Below, piece by piece: positions 55,859 through 64,000 of a DNA stretch of 64,000 nucleotides (within the stretch, counting starts at the first letter, position 1; every line of letters begins with the position of its first letter). The position numbers and the translations under genes are program-made. The notes below the pieces were generated by a model, which was given only the letters and a program-made list of their open reading frames with translations, was not told the origin of the DNA and searched no databases. Where the stretch lies: sequence record MG752970.1; one strand, given 5' to 3'.

Positions 55859-56220
55859 TGAATGTTATCTGGTAGTTGACTAGCAACTTCAGCTGCATAA
55901 TTTCGTTCTATGACCCGACGCCATTTGTTATTTTTGAGGCCCAGTTGAACCATAATTTCTTCGATAATAGATTCATCATCTAGGTCAGAATGGTGTGATC
56001 TGAGCACATCTAGAATGACGATCATCATATCTGCTGCTTCACCAAATGACGATTCGCTGGCTGTTTTGTGAGGCAGATGGCCACGTTCAATTTGGATTGC
56101 TGTGGAAAATTCACCGTGTTCTTCTGTTAGCTTAGCCAACTTTGCTTCAAAAGGATAATTGTCCTTGACGTGTCTTGATGTCGTCAGAACATCCTTGAAG
56201 ATTTGATTGATAGTGATCAT
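55855..56220 (-). CDS. MazG-like nucleotide pyrophosphohydrolase
   Basis: KLTEEHGE...GEAAD. Confidence 0.75.
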   Translation of the reverse strand: MITINQIFKDVLTTSRHVKDNYPFEAKLAKLTEEHGEFSTAIQIERGHLPHKTASESSFGEAADMMIVILDVLRSHHSDLDDESIIEEIMVQLGLKNNKWRRVIERNYAAEVASQLPDNIQ

Positions 56221-56621
56221 TGCTTAACGTTAAATTGTTCAAGAATCTTGACGTGATCGGGAGCCTTCCAGCCTGCTGGCTTCTTAACATCAAATGAATG
56301 GCCGCGCTTGCTGTCTGCGGCGGAAGCTACTCGAACCTTTTCCATGTTTGCGCGCTGTACTTCTGCCCAATGCGCTTCCCATTGTTCTTCTGAAAGACCC
56401 ATTAGATCTGCAGTACCTAGTGCCACATAAACGATATCGATTAGAGCATCAATTGCCTCAACCAGATTTCCTTCTGAGCTTGCCTTAAAAAATTCATCCA
56501 GTTCTTCTTGGATGAATTTGCCGCGGAACTGTGCGACATCATCTGGAAGAAGGGCTACTTCTGTTTGGGTTGGAACTTCGTACTTGTCGTGAAATGCTGC
56601 TACGTCTGAAAAATTGCTCAT
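56217..56621 (-). CDS. all-alpha NTP pyrophosphohydrolase (PRA-PH/MazG-like)
   Basis: IQEELDEF...DALIDIVYV...VQRANMEK...KPAGW. Start reassigned to MSNFSDV. Confidence 0.8.
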   Translation of the reverse strand: MSNFSDVAAFHDKYEVPTQTEVALLPDDVAQFRGKFIQEELDEFFKASSEGNLVEAIDALIDIVYVALGTADLMGLSEEQWEAHWAEVQRANMEKVRVASAADSKRGHSFDVKKPAGWKAPDHVKILEQFNVKQ

Positions 56622-56690
56622 TTGAAATCCTGAGTGGTTGTTAATAACTGAAATATTTAACATGCCACTCAAGATCAAATTCGACGAATG

Positions 56691-56996
56691 TTAGTCAAAA
56701 TCGCTAGCATCATTGACCATCATATCTATTAGTAATCCTACTATATAGATAAGAGCGACGCAGCAACTAATTATCAATGCGAATAGCACGACATCACCGC
56801 ATTTGACAATAAGGTATACGCACGTCAAAACTGTTAGGATTACCAGAAACCCCATCAAAAATCGTCTTACGTGTTTATTGAGTTTGGACCATTCCAGAGT
56901 CCATTCCCATCGTGCTTCCTGATTATTTTCTTCCATGATATTCCTACCTAGATTTGCGACGTCTTCGTGCGTGAATCTCTTCGAGAATAGATTCAC
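56691..56996 (-). CDS. small membrane protein
   Basis: Two hydrophobic helices. Confidence 0.55.
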   Translation of the reverse strand: MNLFSKRFTHEDVANLGRNIMEENNQEARWEWTLEWSKLNKHVRRFLMGFLVILTVLTCVYLIVKCGDVVLFALIISCCVALIYIVGLLIDMMVNDASDFD

Positions 56997-57159
56997 CTGC
57001 TATCCAGCATAAAACTATTGCAACGATCGTGTAGGCTAGTCCGAAAAAAGTGTACATGCATACATTTGCACCAAAGAAAAAATAAATGCCCGCAAACAGT
57101 AAGCAGGGTACCCCTAGCACTAAAAATCCGACTAAAAACTTTTTAATAAAATCCATCAT
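56944..57159 (-). CDS. small membrane protein
   Basis: Two hydrophobic helices and a basic tail. Confidence 0.5.
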   Translation of the reverse strand: MMDFIKKFLVGFLVLGVPCLLFAGIYFFFGANVCMYTFFGLAYTIVAIVLCWIAGESILEEIHARRRRKSR

Positions 57160-58247
57160 ATTTGCTCCAATGAATATTGTTCCTTCAACATGTGGGCTCT
57201 GAAATATCCCACATAATCAGGATCCTTTCCCCTAAACACTGACATGATTAATCCAAAGAATCTATGCCCTTGGAACTTTAATGCAACATCCTTAGGAGTC
57301 ATTCCGGAGGTCTGAGCCACAGCTTCCTCAACATCTCTACGGATTTCACCGATTGTTGCAACAACACGCTTTTCAATTTGTTCGATTTTGGTTAAATCGA
57401 CGCCAATCTTCATGAGCGGTTCTTTCACGTCATCCAGAGTTTCATCTAGAATCATTTCGGCAATATCACGCTCACGAATGAACACGATAGTCCTGTGCAG
57501 CTTCACGTACCAATCGGTCTTCACCTTTACCATGTCGCCATCAGCGAACTGAAAAATGGCACCTTCAATATCTTCCTTGTCCTTCAACGTAGACAAAAAG
57601 TGCAGAGGCTCACCTATTAGAACATTCTGTACTATAGGAATTTGGTAATAGTTCGCAAATCCTTCTAGCTTGTCCATACACCAATATTCACCGGTGACGT
57701 TGTTACGTACATGCAGCAGCGTCATTTGCTCTGAATCATATGGCAGAACAATTCTATTATCTGGAGCCGTGTACTCAAAAGTTGGTGTAAATCCCATCTC
57801 ACCAATCCATTGAGCAAATGCCGTGAAGTTCGAATTTGCATCTAAAAACTTTTGAGCCTTCACGGCAACATCAGATGAAAACGACTTCTTCGATTTAGCC
57901 AGCACGCCACCATTCAAAACCATGGTGCTAATCATGGACCCATCTAGTTTATCCATCACGCGCCCCACTTTCTCCCATTCTAAATTTTCCTGACGCGCGA
58001 AATCATTTTCGTTCAGGTTGAAAAATTTGTGGAGGCTTCTTGAAATTACATTTCCTTCTGGACCAAAAGTGATGCCACGGCATTCTCTAGCCCATGGATT
58101 ATCAAATGTTGAAGCTGTGGCAATGGAATAGCACACGATTGTTGTTCCATTTGCTTGCTTGGTAACATTGATTTCCGGCTTGTCTTGGATTTTTGAAACC
58201 AAATCATCCAAGTGGGTAATTATAGGGAACGACATAGCATGCTCCAA
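57156..58247 (-). CDS. rnlA: RNA ligase 1 (T4 Rnl1-like)
   Basis: ECRG...HKFFN, MDKLDGS, FEY...NRIV, EGAIF, KVKTDWY. Confidence 0.9.
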   Translation of the reverse strand: MEHAMSFPIITHLDDLVSKIQDKPEINVTKQANGTTIVCYSIATASTFDNPWARECRGITFGPEGNVISRSLHKFFNLNENDFARQENLEWEKVGRVMDKLDGSMISTMVLNGGVLAKSKKSFSSDVAVKAQKFLDANSNFTAFAQWIGEMGFTPTFEYTAPDNRIVLPYDSEQMTLLHVRNNVTGEYWCMDKLEGFANYYQIPIVQNVLIGEPLHFLSTLKDKEDIEGAIFQFADGDMVKVKTDWYVKLHRTIVFIRERDIAEMILDETLDDVKEPLMKIGVDLTKIEQIEKRVVATIGEIRRDVEEAVAQTSGMTPKDVALKFQGHRFFGLIMSVFRGKDPDYVGYFRAHMLKEQYSLEQI

Positions 58248-58252
58248 AGTGA

Positions 58253-58272
58253 TTGGGACCCGAAGGTCCCAA
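58253..58272. terminator. stable hairpin TTGGGACC-CGAA-GGTCCCAA (UUCG loop on the - strand)
   Basis: Intergenic 8-bp stem; T tract only on the + strand side. Confidence 0.5.
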
Positions 58273-58276
58273 ATTT

Positions 58277-58618
58277 TTAATGTTCGATGTTATCTGAATA
58301 TAAAGCCTTGACTTCACCGTTTTCGTACTCCTTCTGGTCTTCATAAGGAGCCGCAAATTTTCGGTATAGTTCTAATTTGATGCACTCAAGAACCCCAATT
58401 TGTGCGTTGTAGCTTGCGTAGGATTCTCGCTGATCGTAAATTGATTTCAGCAATGTACTGACTGCATAGTTTACTAAACCTGGGGTGGCCTTCAACGAGG
58501 CAAGATCACCTTCAATAGCGCTCTCATCTGATGGATGAGCTGCATCATAGATAGCATTGACTAGATTCAGGATATGAACGTCAAGCTTCTTGCGTTGTTC
58601 AGTTGTGATGTACGGCAT
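58277..58618 (-). CDS. conserved phage hypothetical protein (DUF6899-like)
   Basis: GLVNYA...GVLECIKLELYRK...PYEDQK...NG pattern. Confidence 0.55.
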   Translation of the reverse strand: MPYITTEQRKKLDVHILNLVNAIYDAAHPSDESAIEGDLASLKATPGLVNYAVSTLLKSIYDQRESYASYNAQIGVLECIKLELYRKFAAPYEDQKEYENGEVKALYSDNIEH

Positions 58619-59332
58619 TTAGACTCCAAACTTCTCGTTGAGATACTTCTTAAAGAACTCGTATCGATTCGCCATACCTTCATTGGTGTGAACCACCAAA
58701 TCGATGCATGACTTACAATAGAGTGGTGAAATTTTTGAAACGAAATGTGAATTGCTTTTAGCAAATACATCTCCACACATGCTACACAGATAGTGATTAC
58801 CACTGCTGTGATTACCATAAACATCTCGACGCAAAATTCCCTGAGGAAGTTGTGCCAGGTAAGTGTTCAGTTCATCGAAATTGTTGAACACCTTAGTAGA
58901 TAAACCGATCAGCCATTTTGGTACTTCGCCAATCACTTTGTCATACGTATTGACAACGAAGAGTGGAATATCGTTTTCGTATGCACACTGAGCCTCAGAG
59001 TGTGACCCAGCTCCTCTCCGAACTGACTCGTCATATAGCAATACAACGGCATCGGTATCATTTCTGATGAGGTCCAGATCGGCTTCAATGAAGTGCTTTC
59101 GCATGATAGACTTCAAAGGAAGTTCATTCTGCGCTTCTTCAGAGAGAAGAGGATCACTCATGGTAAGACCATAAGCACGATCTAATTCAGTGATGTCAAA
59201 TGGAATGAATCCCATGTTGATCAGATTGATGCTTAGCGAAGCACGCCATGCACCACCTAGTTCAACCGCCTTTTCCATTCCACCTGATAGATAGATTGTT
59301 CCGTTATGTTTTTTAGGATCTAGTAGAGTCAT
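58619..59332 (-). CDS. nucleoside 2-deoxyribosyltransferase/N-glycosidase-like protein with C-terminal Zn ribbon
   Basis: IYLSGGM...DLDLI...DAVV...GAGSHSE...AY; CSMC...CKSC. Confidence 0.7.
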   Translation of the reverse strand: MTLLDPKKHNGTIYLSGGMEKAVELGGAWRASLSINLINMGFIPFDITELDRAYGLTMSDPLLSEEAQNELPLKSIMRKHFIEADLDLIRNDTDAVVLLYDESVRRGAGSHSEAQCAYENDIPLFVVNTYDKVIGEVPKWLIGLSTKVFNNFDELNTYLAQLPQGILRRDVYGNHSSGNHYLCSMCGDVFAKSNSHFVSKISPLYCKSCIDLVVHTNEGMANRYEFFKKYLNEKFGV

Positions 59333-59501
59333 TTAATTGACCTTGAAGTTCGTCTATTAATTCATTGTACGCTGCGAGTCTACCTAAGAGAACGTAATAC
59401 GAAAATACGTTCTCTTGGGTTACTTCCAGGTTTAAGGCGAACCACTGATCAATTTCGTCTAACTGCAAATGAACAAATTGCAGGGTTCTATCGATGTCCA
59501 T
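59313..59501 (-). CDS. small hypothetical protein
   Basis: TAATG-coupled to gene 52. Confidence 0.45.
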   Translation of the reverse strand: MDIDRTLQFVHLQLDEIDQWFALNLEVTQENVFSYYVLLGRLAAYNELIDELQGQLNDSTRS

Positions 59502-60826
59502 TAGGGTGAGTACGTAAATTCACTCAACTCCTTCAGGTACATCTGATCTGGAGTGGTGTTAGTCAATGCATCGATTTTCACCAATACTTCTTCGATTTCA
59601 TCCTTAAGCTTTTGAATTTGTTCTAGAGTTAGATTGTAGATTCTAATATCTAGCAGCTTGTCAATGTTTACAAACTTTTCTTTCTCTAGCAACTTGTACA
59701 GATCTTCCTTTTTCTTCTTAGAGAAGAGTTGGGAATTAGCAATGTAGAAGTTAATGAAGCGTAGTTTTTCATCTAGCCACTGCACATACTCGGTGAGCTG
59801 ATTAATTTGCGCAACACGACGATCTTCATAGAATCCAAGCCTGAGATCGACAAAGTATTCAAGTAGCAACTCTGGACTATCGAATTTTTTGATCTTGCCG
59901 TTCTCTAGCCACACCGTAAAGTTTTCAGTTTCACGGGTAAACAACTTGAACTTACGGTACAACTCATCTTCATCTAGAGATGTTGTCGTACGAGGACATT
60001 GCACCCTAATGTGGAACGTATTGTTCTTTGTTAGATCGGTGTAATCCTTGATGAATTCCTCATCGATAAGCTTGTTGAGAATTTCCTTGTACTTCTCTAG
60101 GCTGTAACCAATTGGAAGTTCGGTGATCTCGATGTTCGTGGTATTGACGACTTGCAGCTTTCCCTTGAAGACGACTTGGCCTTCATCATTCTTAGTGATT
60201 TCACCGTTGAAACCACGATACCATGGAATGAGTCGATTTTTATTGTGCTTGCCCTTGAGATAATTCTCTGTGTACTTCTTCAAATCATTTGGATTATATA
60301 GAAGAATTTCACACGCAAAACCCGTACCCGTACCAGATGCCCCGTTGATGAGAACGGGTGGAAGAATAGGCATGTAGTAAAGTGGCTCAACTGGATAGCC
60401 GTCTTCTTCAACGTAAGTCAGAATGAGTTCGTCATCCTTTTTGAAGAGCTTGCGGAAATTTTCCGTAAACTCCGTATAGATGTACCGACCTGCAGCCGCC
60501 TCAGGGACAGAACGATTACCAAACGTTCCTTCTGGTTTTAGCAGGTTCATGTTATTGGAACCTGCATAGTCGCGCGCCAACCCAACAATGGTTTTTGATA
60601 GGGAGTCTTCACCATGGTTGTAGTGCGTAACTTCAGCTACATATGAACCCAGCTGTGCTACCTTAATTTCTTTTGTGTTCTCACCTTTCTTCTGTAGTCC
60701 GTAAATCACCTTACGTTGAGATGGTTTTAGTCCGTCAACGATATTTGGGATAGAACGGTAGCAGTCGTAAAGAGAGAATTCCTTGACCTCATTTTGGAGG
60801 AAGTCTTTAATGCGAATTGATTTCAT
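59501..60826 (-). CDS. 52: type II DNA topoisomerase, breakage-reunion subunit (T4 gp52/GyrA-like)
   Basis: DGLKPSQRK, YNHGE, AAAGRYI (catalytic Tyr), NGASGTGTG, ITELP. Confidence 0.95.
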   Translation of the reverse strand: MKSIRIKDFLQNEVKEFSLYDCYRSIPNIVDGLKPSQRKVIYGLQKKGENTKEIKVAQLGSYVAEVTHYNHGEDSLSKTIVGLARDYAGSNNMNLLKPEGTFGNRSVPEAAAGRYIYTEFTENFRKLFKKDDELILTYVEEDGYPVEPLYYMPILPPVLINGASGTGTGFACEILLYNPNDLKKYTENYLKGKHNKNRLIPWYRGFNGEITKNDEGQVVFKGKLQVVNTTNIEITELPIGYSLEKYKEILNKLIDEEFIKDYTDLTKNNTFHIRVQCPRTTTSLDEDELYRKFKLFTRETENFTVWLENGKIKKFDSPELLLEYFVDLRLGFYEDRRVAQINQLTEYVQWLDEKLRFINFYIANSQLFSKKKKEDLYKLLEKEKFVNIDKLLDIRIYNLTLEQIQKLKDEIEEVLVKIDALTNTTPDQMYLKELSEFTYSP

Positions 60827-60876
60827 GAATGCCTTCTGTGATGTCTTATTGTATTACGTTGAAATCCTAAGTTACA

Positions 60877-61257
60877 TCACTCTTCATCTTCTTCATCTTG
60901 CACATCATATTCTTCGCAGCCGAACTCATCATACGCAGAGTCCAAAGCGTATTCATACGCGTTCATGGTACCAAATTCAACGCGATTTGACCATGAATTT
61001 GCAAACAGTTTACTTAGAACATCAGCTTCAGAATCGGTGATGTCGGTGACGGTGAATACTGAAAACCACTCATCAAAATCTCCATAGTTGAACGATTCAT
61101 TTGTTCCAAAATAAAACTCGCGTTCACCATATTCATCAAACATTCTCTTGATCAGTGCAACTTCTTTGTTGAATTGATCCTTGTCGATGACCATAAAGCC
61201 ATCTACATCAAATTCATCTGCGTAATTGTCAGAAAATTTAACTAAAATCTTGCTCAT
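60877..61257 (-). CDS. acidic hypothetical protein between the topoisomerase subunits
   Basis: TAATG-coupled to the ATPase subunit. Confidence 0.6.
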   Translation of the reverse strand: MSKILVKFSDNYADEFDVDGFMVIDKDQFNKEVALIKRMFDEYGEREFYFGTNESFNYGDFDEWFSVFTVTDITDSEADVLSKLFANSWSNRVEFGTMNAYEYALDSAYDEFGCEEYDVQDEEDEE

Positions 61258-63173
61258 TATTTCTCCTCAATTCCCAACCAGTCCTTCCGTTTATCGGACA
61301 TGCCCGCTTCTTTGCCGAATAGAAGTTTGATAGCTTCAGCGTCGCTGGCATCTTCATGTCGAATTTGGATTAAATGATTATCCATATCCGCAAAATACTC
61401 TTCGAAGTCTACGGCCTTCGATGTTCCTAGACCCTTGTAGTACTTAGATTCCCATCGCTCATTTGCGTGCTTCTCTGCCCAAGCTTCAAATTCTGCTTTC
61501 GTATAGAAATTGATAACTTCCTTCTTACCTTTTCTAACGCGAATGAGTGGGGTGATGAATCGATAAATGACTCCCATCTTGAACAGTTCTGGCCAGAATC
61601 GGTGGAACATGTTGATGAGAAGACCACTAATATGAAGTCCATCAACGTCAGCATCGGTCATGAATACGATTTTCCCGTATCTAAGCTCACTGATGCTTTT
61701 AACTTCAACTCCAATCTGAAGACCGGTTGAAATCATGATGTTCTTGAACTCTTCGTTATTCACGAGCTTTTTCAGATCAGCACCATCTAAAGAATCCACA
61801 TTGAGAGGCTTACCTTTAAGTGGGAACGCGCCCATTGTTGCTCTGTCGGCAGCAGAAAGAATTGCACCCTTAGCTGAGTCTCCTTCTGCTAGGAACAACA
61901 TGCACTTCTCTGGCTGTTTGCCCGCAAAAGCTGCGTCATCTAGCTTCACGACTTTTCGTGCTGATGTCTTATCAGCCGTCTTATTAAGCGCTCTTAGTTC
62001 TGCTCGAGCTGCTGCGTCTGCTTTTGCTTCAACCCAATCCAAAATTGATTGGATAATTTCTTCAGACTTAATAAGCTTGTTGATAAACTTATCGCTAATT
62101 TCAATGGATGTTTTATAGTCACGTGGTTCAGAAATCATGCGCGACTTCGTCTGACTATCAAACTTAGGTCTATTGATGTTACACGAAATGAAAAGCCGCA
62201 AATGATTTCGAAGATTTGCTGGTGTTACGTCAACCTTGTGCTTCTTTTTGAAATATTCACGCAGCTTGGTGGTTATTTGTTCTGCGATGTACAGAATATG
62301 GGATCCACCTTCATACGTGTTCACCGAATTAACGAATGAAACGGATTCAAATCCTTCTTCTGACGATTTAGAAATGCCTACCTTCCAATCATCATTTTCT
62401 TCATACACGTAAGCATCAGTGTACAGCTTGATGTAATCCTCGAATGATTTAATGTCAATTCGTTGACCATTAAAGAAGAATTTACATTGCGGATTGGTAC
62501 CAGCGGCGTTTACCACTGCTGTTAGAAATTTAAGGAAGTGTCCTTCATCCAATCCTTTCAAATCCGAGAAGCGCTCATAATCAGGAAGGAAGGTAATTTG
62601 CGTGTATCCTTTTGCTCCCTTTTTAACCTTTGCTTCAGATTTTTCCTTCATGTTGCCTTTGAACTCTTGATGGAAATTATTTGACCCATCACAAGTTTCA
62701 ACGATGAAGTACTTAGAGAAAATGTTGGATGCTTTTGATCCAATGCCGTTGGTACCAATTACGGCCTGATCATCATCGTCATTGTAGTTAGAACCCGAAA
62801 GCAGTGTTCCAAAAATCATTTCTGGAACATACACTTGGGTTTCCTGGTGAATAACTACCGGAATACCACCGTTATCCCAAACGGTAATTTCACCCGTTTG
62901 TTGATCAACGTTCACCTTGATTTGATTTAATTTCTTTGGATTTCTTTTATGTTCATCGATAGAATTATCGAGAATTTCATTGAAGATCTTACATAAAGCA
63001 GGTACGTAAGATACTTCCCTTTTCTTGAAAGAATGTGAAGCCCCGTCAAACAAATACTCAACCCCTGTATGAGTTGCCATCGAACCGATGTACATACCAG
63101 GTCGGAGAAGAATGTGATCAATTTGACTTAGAGCCTTATATTGCTGCTCAATTGTTTTAACGTGTTTAGTCAT
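61257..63173 (-). CDS. 39: type II DNA topoisomerase ATPase+TOPRIM subunit (unsplit gp39/gp60, GyrB-like)
   Basis: RPGMYIG, EILDNSID, GTNGIGSK, EGDSA, TDADVDG, YYKGLGT. Probable start MTKHVKT at 63173. Confidence 0.95.
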   Translation of the reverse strand: MTKHVKTIEQQYKALSQIDHILLRPGMYIGSMATHTGVEYLFDGASHSFKKREVSYVPALCKIFNEILDNSIDEHKRNPKKLNQIKVNVDQQTGEITVWDNGGIPVVIHQETQVYVPEMIFGTLLSGSNYNDDDDQAVIGTNGIGSKASNIFSKYFIVETCDGSNNFHQEFKGNMKEKSEAKVKKGAKGYTQITFLPDYERFSDLKGLDEGHFLKFLTAVVNAAGTNPQCKFFFNGQRIDIKSFEDYIKLYTDAYVYEENDDWKVGISKSSEEGFESVSFVNSVNTYEGGSHILYIAEQITTKLREYFKKKHKVDVTPANLRNHLRLFISCNINRPKFDSQTKSRMISEPRDYKTSIEISDKFINKLIKSEEIIQSILDWVEAKADAAARAELRALNKTADKTSARKVVKLDDAAFAGKQPEKCMLFLAEGDSAKGAILSAADRATMGAFPLKGKPLNVDSLDGADLKKLVNNEEFKNIMISTGLQIGVEVKSISELRYGKIVFMTDADVDGLHISGLLINMFHRFWPELFKMGVIYRFITPLIRVRKGKKEVINFYTKAEFEAWAEKHANERWESKYYKGLGTSKAVDFEEYFADMDNHLIQIRHEDASDAEAIKLLFGKEAGMSDKRKDWLGIEEK

Positions 63174-63237
63174 TGAAATTCGTTGTGATGCTGTGTCGAG
63201 TGATTTTATTTTACCACTCGACACATCTATGAAGAAG

Positions 63238-64000
63238 TCAGTTCAGCTTCTTTTCTATCTCTTCAGCTTCTAAGACAGAATTAAAACTGTGCATCTCATG
63301 ATTAGTCAAATACATGAGAGCTGGAAGATGATGTTCACTATTGAACAAGCAGTGAACAATGTGAAGGAGATTTAACTCCTTACTTGGTGTGATGTACTTA
63401 TTTCCCTTTAGATAAAAGGAATTCATTTCTCTTAGTGCATTGATGAACGTTCCGTATCTAACTTTAAAGATTGACTGATCGTGATATCCAGTTTCAGGAA
63501 TGTCATCCCCATGTTTTGAAAATTGCGCGTATGCAGCCGCTACCGGCGTTTTTGTTACTACATCCAGCGTGCCACATTCGGGTTCAATATGAACGTATGG
63601 ACTTGGCTCAATTGATACTGGGAAAATCATAGGATAGCCAGATCCCATTTCGGCATTCTTTAACTCTTCAACTATTTCAGAGCTTTCAAGGTGCGCGTCA
63701 CCCCACATAATGATGACTTCTCTCTCACCTCTGCCCATATCGCATCTGAGCTGTTCAAGTGATTCCAGGACAGCGTGGCCATCACCCTTACCAGAATCAA
63801 TTGCTATAATTCTAAAAGCCAGATTATTATTTTCTTTAAATTTTTCAAAATCAGGCTTGGTCGTGTTATTGGCCACAACAATAACATTCTCTTGTGGGAT
63901 TATTCCATCTAATTTTTCCAAATTACTTTGCAAGTTGCTCTTTCCATTTATTGGATACAGAGCTTTTGGAATGGTAATGGAACCCATTCTGGTTCCATTA
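63238..64000 (-). CDS. sugar-phosphate nucleotidyltransferase-like protein (GT-A/NTP_transferase); N-terminus lies outside the window
   Basis: The frame stays open to the window edge: ..NGTRMGSITIPKAL (GxGTRM...PK signature); GDGHA; WGD. Confidence 0.7.
   Translation of the reverse strand, partial: NGTRMGSITIPKALYPINGKSNLQSNLEKLDGIIPQENVIVVANNTTKPDFEKFKENNNLAFRIIAIDSGKGDGHAVLESLEQLRCDMGRGEREVIIMWGDAHLESSEIVEELKNAEMGSGYPMIFPVSIEPSPYVHIEPECGTLDVVTKTPVAAAYAQFSKHGDDIPETGYHDQSIFKVRYGTFINALREMNSFYLKGNKYITPSKELNLLHIVHCLFNSEHHLPALMYLTNHEMHSFNSVLEAEEIEKKLN

Noticed and set aside
1-64000. Alternative genetic code (stop-codon reassignment) as seen in some jumbo phages
   Set aside because: Conserved genes are full-length under the standard code, coding density is high, and TAA, TAG and TGA are all used as stops.

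Overview
This window is part of a large, lytic, T4-related (jumbo-type) myophage genome, not a bacterial chromosome. Bases 1-22786 (+ strand) form a late structural module. It holds a 5'-truncated GH114/PelA-like polysaccharide hydrolase, several long tail fibres/spikes (one with a pectate-lyase-like beta-helix), two tandem paralogous ~750 aa putative receptor-binding proteins, a holin/i-spanin/o-spanin cassette, an M23+GH108 double-catalytic lysin and a PAAR tip protein. One sigma70-driven gene follows (an AAA+-type NTPase with an inserted SprT-like metalloprotease), then a strand switch at a perfect palindrome (24360-24383). The rest (- strand) carries T4-like replication genes (gp41 helicase, gp61 primase, gp43 polymerase, gp45 clamp, RNase H, DsbA, two topoisomerase II subunits), GroES, a MoxR/vWA pair, PhoH, ClpP, nucleotide-metabolism enzymes (ThyA, two MazG-like, an NDT-like, a kinase), Rnl1, macro and NYN domain proteins, and several late genes whose N-termini resemble T4 capsid-targeting signals. 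The most striking non-coding element is a circularly permuted (two-piece) tmRNA gene at about 51870-52120, tag ANDSRYAVAA, about 0.9 kb upstream of a phage clpP. No tRNA, rRNA, CRISPR array, integrase or intein was seen. All functional calls come from motif recognition by eye; no database search was run.
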